Under the pieces are notes generated by a model, which was not told the origin of the DNA, ran no database searches, and was given only the letters and a program-made list of their open reading frames with translations. From NCBI GenBank assembly GCA_963756875.1, contig CAVWPA010000003.1, positions 160,001 through 224,000 of the forward strand: 64,000 nucleotides of DNA, written 5' to 3'. The translations under genes were made by a program, and so were the position numbers. Each line of letters opens with the position of its first letter. The first letter of the stretch is position 1. Of this stretch, positions 30,525-39,944 are shown piece after piece. This DNA is from an uncultured Verrucomicrobiae bacterium (GTDB taxonomy: Bacteria > Verrucomicrobiota > Verrucomicrobiia > Chthoniobacterales > UBA10450).

Positions 30525-31079
30525 TCAATTCAAAGTGCGCGAGGAAGCGGTGCGGTTCGAAGCCTCGATGGTGCCCAAAGGCTGACCAGCGGGGACTTTT
30601 TTCTGGAGGCTGGCAATCATTTGCCGCACTTGTCGATGTTTCTTCCGGGGCTGCAACACCTGCAGGCTGCGCTGACTGGAACCCCATTCCAGGATATCAA
30701 TATCGACGTTGCGCACGCCCCAGCGCCGCATCTCGAGACGAGTCGACTTGTACAGGTCGATCGTGCTGGTCCCGACCAGCGCGGTCCCATAATCGTCGAT
30801 CACGTATTCTTCTTTCGTATTTACGATTCGGAACCGTGTGCCGAGCGGAAAGCGCGACCAATCCGATGCAGCGCTCTTAATATGATGGCTCGACAAACGC
30901 ATTCCTATCGCGTTGTGCGGGCCGCCCCTTTCCGTTTTCGTGTATGCGGTTGTTCGCACCGTCATATGCCGCGACTGAATATTTGCAGCCGATTGCACAC
31001 GCACCGCGCTTTGTTCTGCACAACTGACGAGGACGCAAGCAACGGCTACACCGATTGCTAGGTTAAGGCATTTCATCAT
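30525..31079 (-). CDS. 3D domain-containing lipoprotein
   Basis: Lipobox-like LVSC, VRTTAYT, AASDWSRFPLGT, IDDYG, TIDLY. Confidence 0.85.
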   Translation of the reverse strand: MMKCLNLAIGVAVACVLVSCAEQSAVRVQSAANIQSRHMTVRTTAYTKTERGGPHNAIGMRLSSHHIKSAASDWSRFPLGTRFRIVNTKEEYVIDDYGTALVGTSTIDLYKSTRLEMRRWGVRNVDIDILEWGSSQRSLQVLQPRKKHRQVRQMIASLQKKVPAGQPLGTIEASNRTASSRTLN

Positions 31080-31172
31080 TTACAACACCGCGGCCTCAGA
31101 TAGCACCGATGCGCCGTCTGGCAAGCGGTTTTTGCCTAACAACAGCAAGGACCGGACGGCGACTTCCCTCTT

Positions 31173-31622
31173 TCACGCAGCCTGCAATTCCGTTGTGCAA
31201 TGCGGGCAACGCTTGGCCTTGATCGGAATCGTCATTGCGCAGGCCGGGCAATCTTTCGAAACGGGAGCGGCGGTCGGCGACGGTCTTTTCATCTTGTTCA
31301 TCCCTTTCACGACCAGAAAAATACAGAACGCCACGATAACAAAATTAATCACCAGCGTAACAAAGTTTCCGTAGTTCCAGGTTACCGCGCCCGCCTTTGC
31401 AGCCTCGGCCGCCGTGTGGAAGACGCCGCCACCGGGAGCATCCTTAAGAACCAAAAACTTATTCGAGAAATCGAGGCCGCCTGTGATTAATCCGATCGGT
31501 GGCATCAGGATGTCTTTTACCAGCGAATTAACGATTCCTCCGAACGCCGCGCCGATAATCACGCCGACTGCGAGATCGATCGCGTTTCCCTTGACGGCAA
31601 ACTCTTTGAATTCTTTCCACAT
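31173..31622 (-). CDS. mscL: Large-conductance mechanosensitive channel
   Basis: [30 protein letters not shown]-terminal CPAC...CPHC. Confidence 0.97.
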   Translation of the reverse strand: MWKEFKEFAVKGNAIDLAVGVIIGAAFGGIVNSLVKDILMPPIGLITGGLDFSNKFLVLKDAPGGGVFHTAAEAAKAGAVTWNYGNFVTLVINFVIVAFCIFLVVKGMNKMKRPSPTAAPVSKDCPACAMTIPIKAKRCPHCTTELQAA

Positions 31623-31678
31623 GGGGCGGTTGTGATGTGTACCGGGAATGTTGGCAAGCCTTTTTAGCCGCCCAGGAA

Positions 31679-34345
31679 CTACTTCGTCACAAAGTTGACG
31701 ACTTTGCCTGGCACGACGAGGACCTTCAAATAGCCGTCCGTCAGTCGCTCGTGAACTTTAGGCAGCTTCTCCGCTGCGCTCACCATTTCGTCCTTCGTAG
31801 CCGAGGTGGAAATTTTTAAGACTCCCTGAAACTTTCCGTTCACTTGCACGGGAAGTTCGATTTCGTCCTCAACCAGAAACTTCGGGTCGTACGCGGGCCA
31901 CGGTTGGTCCGTGATATCGCCTTTCGAGCGGAGCCTTTCCCAAAGTTCGGAAGTGAGATGCGGCGCGAATGGATTGAGCAAAACGAGGAACATTCGCATT
32001 GTCGACAACGGAACCGTCTCCGCCCCGCGCCGCGGGATAAACGCGTTCACGAAAATCATCATCTGCGAAATCGCCGTATTGAATGAAAGAGACTCGATGT
32101 CTTCGGTCACTTTCTTGATGGTCGCATGCGCGATTTTTTGCTGCGCATCTGTTGGAACGACATCCTGGACCGTGGATGATAATTCCCAGTCGCCGGCTTG
32201 ATTTTCACTCATCAGCAAACGCCACACGCGCGCCAGAAAGCGCGAAACGCCTTCCACGCCGCGCATGCTCCACGGCTTCATCTGCTCCAGCGGCCCCATA
32301 AACATTTCGTAGCAGCGAAACGCGTCGGCGCCGTATCGTTCGATCACGTCGTCGGGGCTCACGATGTTGCCGCGCGACTTCGACATTTTCTGATTGTCTT
32401 CGCCAAGAATGATTCCCTGATTGACCAGCCGCTGAAACGGCTCCGGTTTCGACAAGTAGCCAAGATCGAAGAGCACCTTGTGCCAGAAACGCGCGTAAAG
32501 CAGATGCAGGACGGCGTGCTCCGTACCGCCAACATAAAGATCGACACCGCCAGGAGCACGCCGAAATGACGAACTTCCTGATTCGGGCTTCGTCATTCGT
32601 GCTTCGTCATTGTCTGCGCCCATCCAGTAGCGCTCAGCCTGTTCGCCGACGAAACGCTCCTCGTTATGCGGATCGCAGAAACGCAGGTAATACCAGCACG
32701 AGCCCGCCCACTGCGGCATCACATTGGTCTCGCGCATCGCCTTTTCAGAATAGCGGACCCACTCTTTCGCCTTGGCCAGCGGCGGCTCGCCGGTGCCGGT
32801 CGGTTTGTAATCTTCGAGCGGCGGGGGAACCACCGGGAGCTCAGACTCATCGAGCGCCCGATGACGGTGATTCTGCCCGTCCGGCTCGGACTCCCAGACA
32901 ATCGGAAACGGTTCGCCCCAATAGCGCTGCCGGGAGAAAAGCCAGTCGCGCAGCTTGTAATTGATCGCGCCCTTGCCGAGACCGCGCTCTTCCAGCCATG
33001 CCGTGATCTTGCGGATGGCCTCCCGCGACGGCAGTCCGTCGATCACCGGCGAATTGATCGCGATGCCGTTGCCGACGAAACCGATGGGCTCCTCGCCGCC
33101 TAACGGCTGGACAACCTGGCGGACCGGCAAATCAAACCTGCGCGCGAATTCAAGGTCGCGCTCATCGTGCGCAGGCACGCCCATGATCGCGCCAGTGCCG
33201 TAACCGAGCAGGACGTAGTCCGCGATCCAGATCTGAATCTTCTCACCGTTAGCCGGGTTGATTGCATGAGCGCCGGTGAAGACGCCGGTTTTTTCCTTCG
33301 CCAGTTCGGTCCGTTCCAAATCGCTCTTGCGTGCGGCCTTTTCTCGATATTCGCGTACTGCCGGCCATTGCTCTTCGGTGACGATCAGATCGACGAGCGA
33401 GTGCTCGGGTGCGAGCACCATGTAGGTCGCACCGTAAAGCGTGTCCGGGCGCGTCGTGAAAACGCGAATGGTAGGGACATCGCGCTGCGATGTCCGGTCG
33501 TCGCAGCGCGACGACCCTACCTGTTCGGCGATCCCGGCCACGGCAAAATCGACTTCCGCGCCTTCGCTGCGGCCGATCCAATTGCGTTGGAGCAACCTAA
33601 TTCCTTCCGGCCAATCGAGTCCCTCCAGTTCGTCGAGCAATCGTTCGGCGTACGCCGTGATGCGCAGCATCCATTGCCGCATCGGCCGTCTTACGACAGG
33701 AAAGCCGCCAACTTCGCTTTTGCCATCGACCACTTCCTCGTTCGCCAAAACGGTGCCGAGTTCCTGGCACCAGTTCACCGGGACATCGGCGACGTAAGCG
33801 AGCCGGACCCTGTCCGGGTTATCTCCGCGATAAGTTGAAATCGGCTCGGCTTTGTTTGTCTTCGGATTGAACCAGGAATTATAAATCCGCAGAAAAATCC
33901 ACTGCGTCCATTTGTAGTAACGCGGGTCGGTCGTGTTGATTTCACGCTGCCAATCGTAGGAAAATCCGATGCGCTTGAGCTGTGATTTGAATTTCGCAAC
34001 GTTTTCACGCGTGGTGACAGCGGGATGCTGGCCGCTCCGGATGGCATATTGCTCCGCCGGCAAACCAAACGCGTCCCAGCCCATCGGATGCAGAACGTTA
34101 AAGCCGCGCAGCCGCTTGTAGCGCGCGATGATGTCTGTTGCAGTGTAGCCTTCCGGATGCCCCACGTGCAGGCCGGCCCCGCTCGGGTAGGGAAACATGT
34201 CCAGGATATAGGATTTCGGCTTCGCGGGATCGAAATTTTTTTCTCCCGGATTGGAAGCGCGAAAAATCTGCCCCTTGTCCCAGATCGCCTGCCATTTCGG
34301 CTCGATCCGGTCAAAAGGATAAGGTTTGCGACGCTCCGAACTCAT
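31679..34345 (-). CDS. leuS: Leucine--tRNA ligase
   Basis: [38 protein letters not shown]. Start MSSERRKPY. Confidence 0.98.
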   Translation of the reverse strand: MSSERRKPYPFDRIEPKWQAIWDKGQIFRASNPGEKNFDPAKPKSYILDMFPYPSGAGLHVGHPEGYTATDIIARYKRLRGFNVLHPMGWDAFGLPAEQYAIRSGQHPAVTTRENVAKFKSQLKRIGFSYDWQREINTTDPRYYKWTQWIFLRIYNSWFNPKTNKAEPISTYRGDNPDRVRLAYVADVPVNWCQELGTVLANEEVVDGKSEVGGFPVVRRPMRQWMLRITAYAERLLDELEGLDWPEGIRLLQRNWIGRSEGAEVDFAVAGIAEQVGSSRCDDRTSQRDVPTIRVFTTRPDTLYGATYMVLAPEHSLVDLIVTEEQWPAVREYREKAARKSDLERTELAKEKTGVFTGAHAINPANGEKIQIWIADYVLLGYGTGAIMGVPAHDERDLEFARRFDLPVRQVVQPLGGEEPIGFVGNGIAINSPVIDGLPSREAIRKITAWLEERGLGKGAINYKLRDWLFSRQRYWGEPFPIVWESEPDGQNHRHRALDESELPVVPPPLEDYKPTGTGEPPLAKAKEWVRYSEKAMRETNVMPQWAGSCWYYLRFCDPHNEERFVGEQAERYWMGADNDEARMTKPESGSSSFRRAPGGVDLYVGGTEHAVLHLLYARFWHKVLFDLGYLSKPEPFQRLVNQGIILGEDNQKMSKSRGNIVSPDDVIERYGADAFRCYEMFMGPLEQMKPWSMRGVEGVSRFLARVWRLLMSENQAGDWELSSTVQDVVPTDAQQKIAHATIKKVTEDIESLSFNTAISQMMIFVNAFIPRRGAETVPLSTMRMFLVLLNPFAPHLTSELWERLRSKGDITDQPWPAYDPKFLVEDEIELPVQVNGKFQGVLKISTSATKDEMVSAAEKLPKVHERLTDGYLKVLVVPGKVVNFVTK
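33470..33521. repeat. Family A GTAG palindromic repeat, in frame within leuS
   Basis: Reverse complement matches intergenic 49618-49669 at 46/52 nt. Confidence 0.92.
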
Positions 34346-34408
34346 AAGGTAACGAATCAGGAAAGCAGGAATTCCGGAAAAGGAAATTCGGAGATTTAGT
34401 TTGTTCCC

Positions 34409-35023
34409 ATGCACTCGCTGCTTCTGGCCACTCGCAATCCAAATAAGACGCGAGAATTTCGAGAGTTACTGGGCCCCGAATTCGACGTGCGCGATCTCAG
34501 CGCGTTTGCCGACGCCGTACTTCTGGAGGAAGCAGGGAGCACATTTTCCGAGAACGCGATTTGCAAGGCGCTGGCCGTATCGCGCGATCCGCATCTTCTC
34601 GTGGCGGCCGACGATTCTGGCCTGGAAGTCGATTCGTTAAGCGGCGCGCCGGGAATTTACTCCGCCCGGTACGCAGGCAAAGACGCGACGGACGAACAAA
34701 ATACCGGCAAGTTGCTCGACGAACTGGCGCGCCGAAACGTGCCCGCGGACCGGCGCAGCGCGCGGTTTCGTTGCGTGATTGCCCTGGCGCGCGGTGGGCA
34801 ATTGATTGGCACATTCGAGGGTGTTGTCGAAGGAATGATTGTCGATCCGTCGCGTGGACGCAATGGTTTCGGTTACGATCCGGTTTTTCAACCAATCGGC
34901 TTCGATCAGACCTTCGGAGAAATGGAACCGGGGTTAAAAAACAGAATCAGCCACCGCGCGAAAGCGATCGCCGCGCTGCGTGAAGCTTTGTGCACAGGAA
35001 GAGCTCCTGGGGATCCATTTTAA
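34409..35023 (+). CDS. rdgB: RdgB/HAM1 non-canonical purine NTP pyrophosphatase
   Basis: [41 protein letters not shown]. Confidence 0.96.
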   Translation: MHSLLLATRNPNKTREFRELLGPEFDVRDLSAFADAVLLEEAGSTFSENAICKALAVSRDPHLLVAADDSGLEVDSLSGAPGIYSARYAGKDATDEQNTGKLLDELARRNVPADRRSARFRCVIALARGGQLIGTFEGVVEGMIVDPSRGRNGFGYDPVFQPIGFDQTFGEMEPGLKNRISHRAKAIAALREALCTGRAPGDPF

Positions 35024-35141
35024 AAACGGCAAAATGAGCAGCGATGTCATTCCGGGCGGAGGAAGAGCCTGCCCGCCGTGGCGGGAGGAGGCTCTTATCG
35101 TTGTCTGTTAAGCGCAGATTAGCGGTGAGAGATGTCTCGGC

Positions 35142-35442
35142 TCAAAACCGGGCTGGCATATTTACTCGGCGTGACAAAACCTCACGATGCAGCCGCGGGT
35201 CGCTAAATTCGGAATTGGAGACCGGTGGAGGCGATGAAGCAGGAAGTTCGACAGGCAGCGGCGGCGGGTCGGTCACTAGTTCGACGCCGACCGGCGTGAA
35301 TTCGGTCTCTGGAGGGACAGCCGCGGGTTGGCGATGAAGAAGCAGCGACAATCGCTGAGAAATGAATCATGCCAGCGGCGACAAACGCAGCCACGGTGCG
35401 CCACTTGTGGGTCGATCGATATAACAGCGCTTTGTTTGTCAT
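35142..35442 (-). pseudogene. Short TonB N-terminal paralog (no TonB_C domain), frameshifted near 35340
   Basis: MTNKALLYRSTHKWRTVAAFVAAGMIHFSAI resembles the start of the 35926-36543 protein (KPLLYKPPPKWHVWAALGGAVGIHF). The Pro-rich part continues in another frame. Confidence 0.65.
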
Positions 35443-35514
35443 CACGGCTCCCTGTGAGAACAAACACCCAAGCAGGCAAAATATTATTGAGGCAGAGGCG
35501 GGGCGCTACGCCAA

Positions 35515-35922
35515 TCAATGGGCCGCTCGAATCTGATAGCCAATTTTGGTGATCCCCACCCGGCGCGCTTCGTCGAGCACCGCGATTACGTCGCCGTGCC
35601 GTGCCAACATGCTCGCGCTGATGGAGACCTTGATGCCGGGATTCGCCCGATGGAGCTTGTAGAGTCTCGGCATTACCTCATCCGGAGATACATATTGGTT
35701 ATCTATGTAAACTGAGTCGCCTTCCCGTACCGTGATTGAGACGTAATCCTTGACCCCTGGTGGCGCAGAGGCAGTTGAAGGCAAGGCCACACGGATGCCT
35801 TTCATGTGCGTCTGGCTCAGGCTCACCATCATGAAACTGGCGAGCAGAAAGAACATGATGTCGATCAACGGGATGATCTCGATACGAGCCCGTTTGTGAG
35901 GAATAGGTGAGGCGACACGCAT
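35515..35922 (-). CDS. exbD: Biopolymer transporter ExbD
   Basis: RIEIIPLIDIMFFLLASFM. Confidence 0.92.
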   Translation of the reverse strand: MRVASPIPHKRARIEIIPLIDIMFFLLASFMMVSLSQTHMKGIRVALPSTASAPPGVKDYVSITVREGDSVYIDNQYVSPDEVMPRLYKLHRANPGIKVSISASMLARHGDVIAVLDEARRVGITKIGYQIRAAH

Positions 35923-35925
35923 AAA

Positions 35926-36543
35926 TTAAAAGGAAGCGCCCGTCATGGTGTATGTGATTGGTACCTTAACTTTGGGCGCGACTTGACCAGGCCTGAATCT
36001 CCATCGTCGAAATGTGCTTGTGGTGGCTTCGTCCAGGATCGGGCTGCCCGTGCTTTGCGCCATTGACGCGCTCGTCACGTTGCCGCTGGACGTGTCGACC
36101 GTTAGAACACAGACCCCGCTGCCGGTGACGTGGCGGCTGCGCGCTTCGTACGGATAGGGCGGCTTGGGCGAATAAACCGCCGAGACTCTGGCGCTATTCA
36201 TCGACATTTGACGGGGCGCCCTGATCGGCGCGGCTTTCGCTTGGACCTGGGGCCGCGGTGGCGGCGATTCCTCGACGAACTCCGGCCTGACATCGGGCGG
36301 AGGCGGGGGTGGTGGAAGCGGGATATCTTCCGGTGGAGGCGTCGGCGCCTCCGTTGGCGCCTCAAGCGTAGCCACCACTTCTGCGGTTGGGATCTTACTA
36401 AGATCGATTGGCGGAGGCGCGTAATTGATTCCAGCGATCACGACCGAAACGAAATGGATTCCCACTGCGCCGCCGAGGGCCGCCCAGACATGCCATTTCG
36501 GCGGAGGTTTGTAGAGCAACGGCTTGGCCATAACCTGTTTCAT
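35926..36543 (-). CDS. tonB: Energy transducer TonB
   Basis: TM with IHF, poly-Pro linker, PPYPYEAR, STGSPILD, WRFRP. Confidence 0.9.
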   Translation of the reverse strand: MKQVMAKPLLYKPPPKWHVWAALGGAVGIHFVSVVIAGINYAPPPIDLSKIPTAEVVATLEAPTEAPTPPPEDIPLPPPPPPPDVRPEFVEESPPPRPQVQAKAAPIRAPRQMSMNSARVSAVYSPKPPYPYEARSRHVTGSGVCVLTVDTSSGNVTSASMAQSTGSPILDEATTSTFRRWRFRPGQVAPKVKVPITYTMTGASF

Positions 36544-36980
36544 AACCCCTGTGGCCCGGGAAAGTTCTTTGCCGCCTCGCTCTTGATCTCGAATGCGACC
36601 TTGTAGTAACCGACCGATCTCAGGATATCGAGCACGCGGATGATATTGCCATGAACTGTGTCCGCATCACCGCGCACGAACACCTTGGCCTCCGGATTTT
36701 CATCATGAGTTTTTTTCAGGATGACCATCAGTTCATCGTAATTCATCTCCTTCTTGTCGAAGTAAGTGTTCCCGTTTTTATCGACCGATACGCTGATGTA
36801 CTCGCGCTTGGCCTGCGTTACGCCCGTCTGTCCCGTGGGCAGCGTCACCTTGATTCCTTTCATGTGCACCTGGCTGAGGCTCACCATCATAAAACTGGCG
36901 AGCAAAAAGAACATGATGTCGATCAACGGGATGATCTCGATCCGCCCTTTCTTGTGCGGAATTGGCGAGCTGATGTACAT
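36540..36980 (-). CDS. exbD: Biopolymer transporter ExbD
   Basis: RIEIIPLIDIMFFLLASFM, VRGD. Confidence 0.92.
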   Translation of the reverse strand: MYISSPIPHKKGRIEIIPLIDIMFFLLASFMMVSLSQVHMKGIKVTLPTGQTGVTQAKREYISVSVDKNGNTYFDKKEMNYDELMVILKKTHDENPEAKVFVRGDADTVHGNIIRVLDILRSVGYYKVAFEIKSEAAKNFPGPQGL

Positions 36981-36989
36981 TGGATCCCT

Positions 36990-38027
36990 TTAAATTGAAG
37001 CGCCTTTCCCAGAGGCTGGTGCTTTTGCGATCTCCATCTCGCGCGCTGCGGTTTGTCCTCCCAGCATCACCTCCAGGTTTGTCGCCGCTGTCTGTAATTC
37101 GAACTCTAAGTTAGACACCCGGGAAGTGAAAAAGTTAAATGGGATCAACGCGAAAATCGCAATGCCGAGACCGCACGCGGTAGCAATTAACGCCTCGGCA
37201 ATACCACCGGTGACCGCTGTCACGGCCAACTCTTCATTACCGAGGAAGCTGAAGGACCGAATCAAACCGGTGATCGTTCCCAACAAGCCGAGCAGAGGGG
37301 CCAGTGTGACCAGCGTGTCCATGACCACAAGAAAACGTCCCGCGCGCTTGATCTCGATACCTGCCGCGACCTGGAGCGCCCCTTGCAGTGAAGCGTGCTG
37401 GTGATTGAGGCCATTCCACATCATACGCAACACCGGATCTCGCGAATCCCTCGAGAGCCGTGAAGCTTCCGCCACATCGCCCATTTCAACCGCGGTGAAG
37501 ACTTTTTCGATCCGCTTCGGATCACGCCGAAACCAGCGCCCACCCCACCAGAAGATTCGTTCGATCACGACCGTCAGCGCGACGATCGATACAATCAGGA
37601 TGGGCCACATGATTGGGCCGCCCTTGTGAAACTTGTCGATAAGCCAGTTGCTACTGAAGACTCCGCCCGTTTCAGCAGGCGCTGCGGTCGGACTTGCGCT
37701 CGCCGCCGGGCTCAAGGTCGCGGTTACGCTGGCGCCAGGAGCGGTCGCACCTGGCGACATTCCCGGAACTGCGGGTGACATGCCGGCGGCTTCAGGCGAC
37801 ATCCCCGGAGCCGCGGGTGACATGCCGGCGGCAGGTGACATCCCCGGAGCTGCGGGTGACATGCCGGCGGCGGGTGATGCGACGGGCGCGCCTGGTTGCG
37901 CTGGCGCACCCGGTTGCGCCTGAGCGGCCGGCGCATTTGCAGACGGAGGTGGCGGCGCAGCCGGAGGCTGTTGCGCGACCGCAGTCGCCACGATCAAAGA
38001 GACACAGAGAGTAAGCAATGTTTTCAT
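36990..38027 (-). CDS. exbB: MotA/TolQ/ExbB protein with signal peptide and Ala/Pro repeat extension
   Basis: MKTLLTLCVSLIVATAVA, GMSP repeats, GGPIMWPI, LAPLLGLLGTITG, GIAEALIATA. Confidence 0.9.
   Translation of the reverse strand: MKTLLTLCVSLIVATAVAQQPPAAPPPPSANAPAAQAQPGAPAQPGAPVASPAAGMSPAAPGMSPAAGMSPAAPGMSPEAAGMSPAVPGMSPGATAPGASVTATLSPAASASPTAAPAETGGVFSSNWLIDKFHKGGPIMWPILIVSIVALTVVIERIFWWGGRWFRRDPKRIEKVFTAVEMGDVAEASRLSRDSRDPVLRMMWNGLNHQHASLQGALQVAAGIEIKRAGRFLVVMDTLVTLAPLLGLLGTITGLIRSFSFLGNEELAVTAVTGGIAEALIATACGLGIAIFALIPFNFFTSRVSNLEFELQTAATNLEVMLGGQTAAREMEIAKAPASGKGASI
37752..37878 (-). repeat. Coding tandem repeat (AAGMSP / AAPGMSP), 18- and 21-bp units
   Basis: Six GMSP units. GGTGACATGCCGG and GACATCCCCGGAGC recur in the DNA. 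Confidence 0.85.
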
Positions 38028-38240
38028 ATTAACGACTTGGATTATTTTACCTGCTCGGTAGTGAGATTCCTTATCCCAAATCAATTAGCGAGAAGTCGAG
38101 GAAACTTTTCACTTTTTTTTATAATACTTCATTTGCATGTAAATTCGAATTATTCACCCGGAATGGACGTAGGCAAGACGATGTAATTGGTCGGGCCACA
38201 CAAATCCCCAAGACGGCCGCGCATCGTTATCCGCGCGGCT

Positions 38241-38996
38241 TCAGCGCACTTTGTTCCGTAATGGCGGCCAATCGCCGATCCTCGCTTCCAATTGGTCGCC
38301 GGGGCGGATCGGTCCCACGCCTGAGGGTGTCCCGCTTAATATAAGATCGCCGGGACGGAGCGTCATCGACTGGCTGGCGAAAGAAACGATGTCAGCCACC
38401 GGGTAAATCATATTGCTCGTCCGCGCTTGCTGTCGCACTTCGCCATTTTGTCGAAGCTCAATCGGTAGATTGCTTGCATCGACGTCGGCATAAACGAACG
38501 GCCCGACCGGCGTGTACGTATCGAACGACTTGCAACGGCCAAATTGCTTTTCCGATTTCTGTAAATCCCGATCGCTGACGTCGAGACCAACGGTGTAACC
38601 GAAAACGAATTCGGGCGCGCGCGCCGCGGAAACATTTTTTGCGGTGGCGCCGATGACCACAGCCAGTTCGACTTCGAAGTCGGTTTGATGCTTCGGAAAT
38701 GCGATCTTAATCTCGCCACCGTGCGGCAGAAGTGAGCTCGGCGCCTTGAACCAGATTAGCGGCGTTCCGATCACGACGCGCTTCATCTCCGCAATGTGGT
38801 CGGCGTAATTCAATCCTACCGCGATCAATTTTGAGGGCGCCACAGGAAGCCCGATCTTCACATCGCCAATTTTCCGCACTTCTCCGGTCGGCTGTACGTC
38901 GATCCAGTACGGCCGGGCAAGAACGTGAACATCGTCACCACGAACTTCACCGTAGAAAAAATCGCCGCCTGATTCGAAGCCGCCGAACGTTCTCAT
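38241..38996 (-). CDS. Fumarylacetoacetate hydrolase family protein
   Basis: VGLNYADH, DFEVELAVVIG, DVSDRDLQ, KSFDT, GDLILSGTPSGVG. Confidence 0.93.
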   Translation of the reverse strand: MRTFGGFESGGDFFYGEVRGDDVHVLARPYWIDVQPTGEVRKIGDVKIGLPVAPSKLIAVGLNYADHIAEMKRVVIGTPLIWFKAPSSLLPHGGEIKIAFPKHQTDFEVELAVVIGATAKNVSAARAPEFVFGYTVGLDVSDRDLQKSEKQFGRCKSFDTYTPVGPFVYADVDASNLPIELRQNGEVRQQARTSNMIYPVADIVSFASQSMTLRPGDLILSGTPSGVGPIRPGDQLEARIGDWPPLRNKVR

Positions 38997-39120
38997 AAAT
39001 CCAATAACGGGTCTCGATTGTACCCGCGAATCACGCGAATCAACACCAATAGCAAAGCCAATTTGTGATGGCTGAAATTTTATTCGCGTCCATTCGTGTG
39101 ATTCGCGGGCCGCTCCCAAT

Positions 39121-39885
39121 TCACTTCGGTACGATGACGACAAAATCGCGCACGCTTTTTTGTTCTCGAATAGAAAAGGCGGTTCCGTCCTCGCGCTTGA
39201 ACCAAAACCCGCTCGACGAGCCGCCATCGAGATTTAAGGCGCGCTGAATCTTGAAGTCGCTCGCAGGCGGCGTAACCAGAATTTTGGCGAGGTCCTCCAG
39301 CGTCACGTCGGAGCAAAAGCCAAGAGCGGCGCGGTCGCCGCTCCCGACCGCGGCAAAAGTCCTCCGCGCCGCGCGCGAGTCGTTCAAACCCCGAACGGGC
39401 TGACCCCGTTCCACGACCATCGGCCCACACTGCACCGCCGCGCTGATTCTTTTTGAGCGTGAAAATTCGCTCGCCCGCACAATTTGAATCTTTCCCGGCG
39501 ACCCGGCCAAAACCCCCGACAGCAAGCGCGCCCGCTTCAGCGGCGCAATTGTTTTCCCATCGACAATCAACAAGCCAATTGGACCGTAGTCCGGATCGAA
39601 ATAAGCGCCGTTTACGCCGGCCAGGCAGTTTTCCCGTTGCATTGCCTGATTCAGGCTGAGACGCGGTTCAGTGGGCTGATCGACAACACGGAGGCGAAGG
39701 GATTTCGTTGCGAAGAGCGCAAGCTCGATGGAAGCGCGCTCGCCGCTCTCGGAATTCTCCATTACCACATAGCGATGCTCCAGCGCCCGCACCGGCGATC
39801 GCTCGGTCTGCGTGGAGATTGTCTTCCAGTCCGCGCGCGCCGAGGTCGCGGCAATGAGAAGGAAAATTGTCGCGATGATCTGCAT
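39121..39885 (-). CDS. Phosphodiester glycosidase (NAGPA-like) family protein
   Basis: Signal peptide, VNGAYF, QCGPMVV, ALNLDGGSS. Confidence 0.88.
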   Translation of the reverse strand: MQIIATIFLLIAATSARADWKTISTQTERSPVRALEHRYVVMENSESGERASIELALFATKSLRLRVVDQPTEPRLSLNQAMQRENCLAGVNGAYFDPDYGPIGLLIVDGKTIAPLKRARLLSGVLAGSPGKIQIVRASEFSRSKRISAAVQCGPMVVERGQPVRGLNDSRAARRTFAAVGSGDRAALGFCSDVTLEDLAKILVTPPASDFKIQRALNLDGGSSSGFWFKREDGTAFSIREQKSVRDFVVIVPK

Positions 39886-39944
39886 GGGTCGTTGTCCCCG
39901 CTTACTCTGAAGAAGGCCGGCTTCTCGGTCGAACGGACTATCGA

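Noticed and set aside
37752..37878. Regular repeats considered as a CRISPR array
   Set aside because: The units are 18/21-bp coding repeats with no unique spacers, and there are no cas genes.
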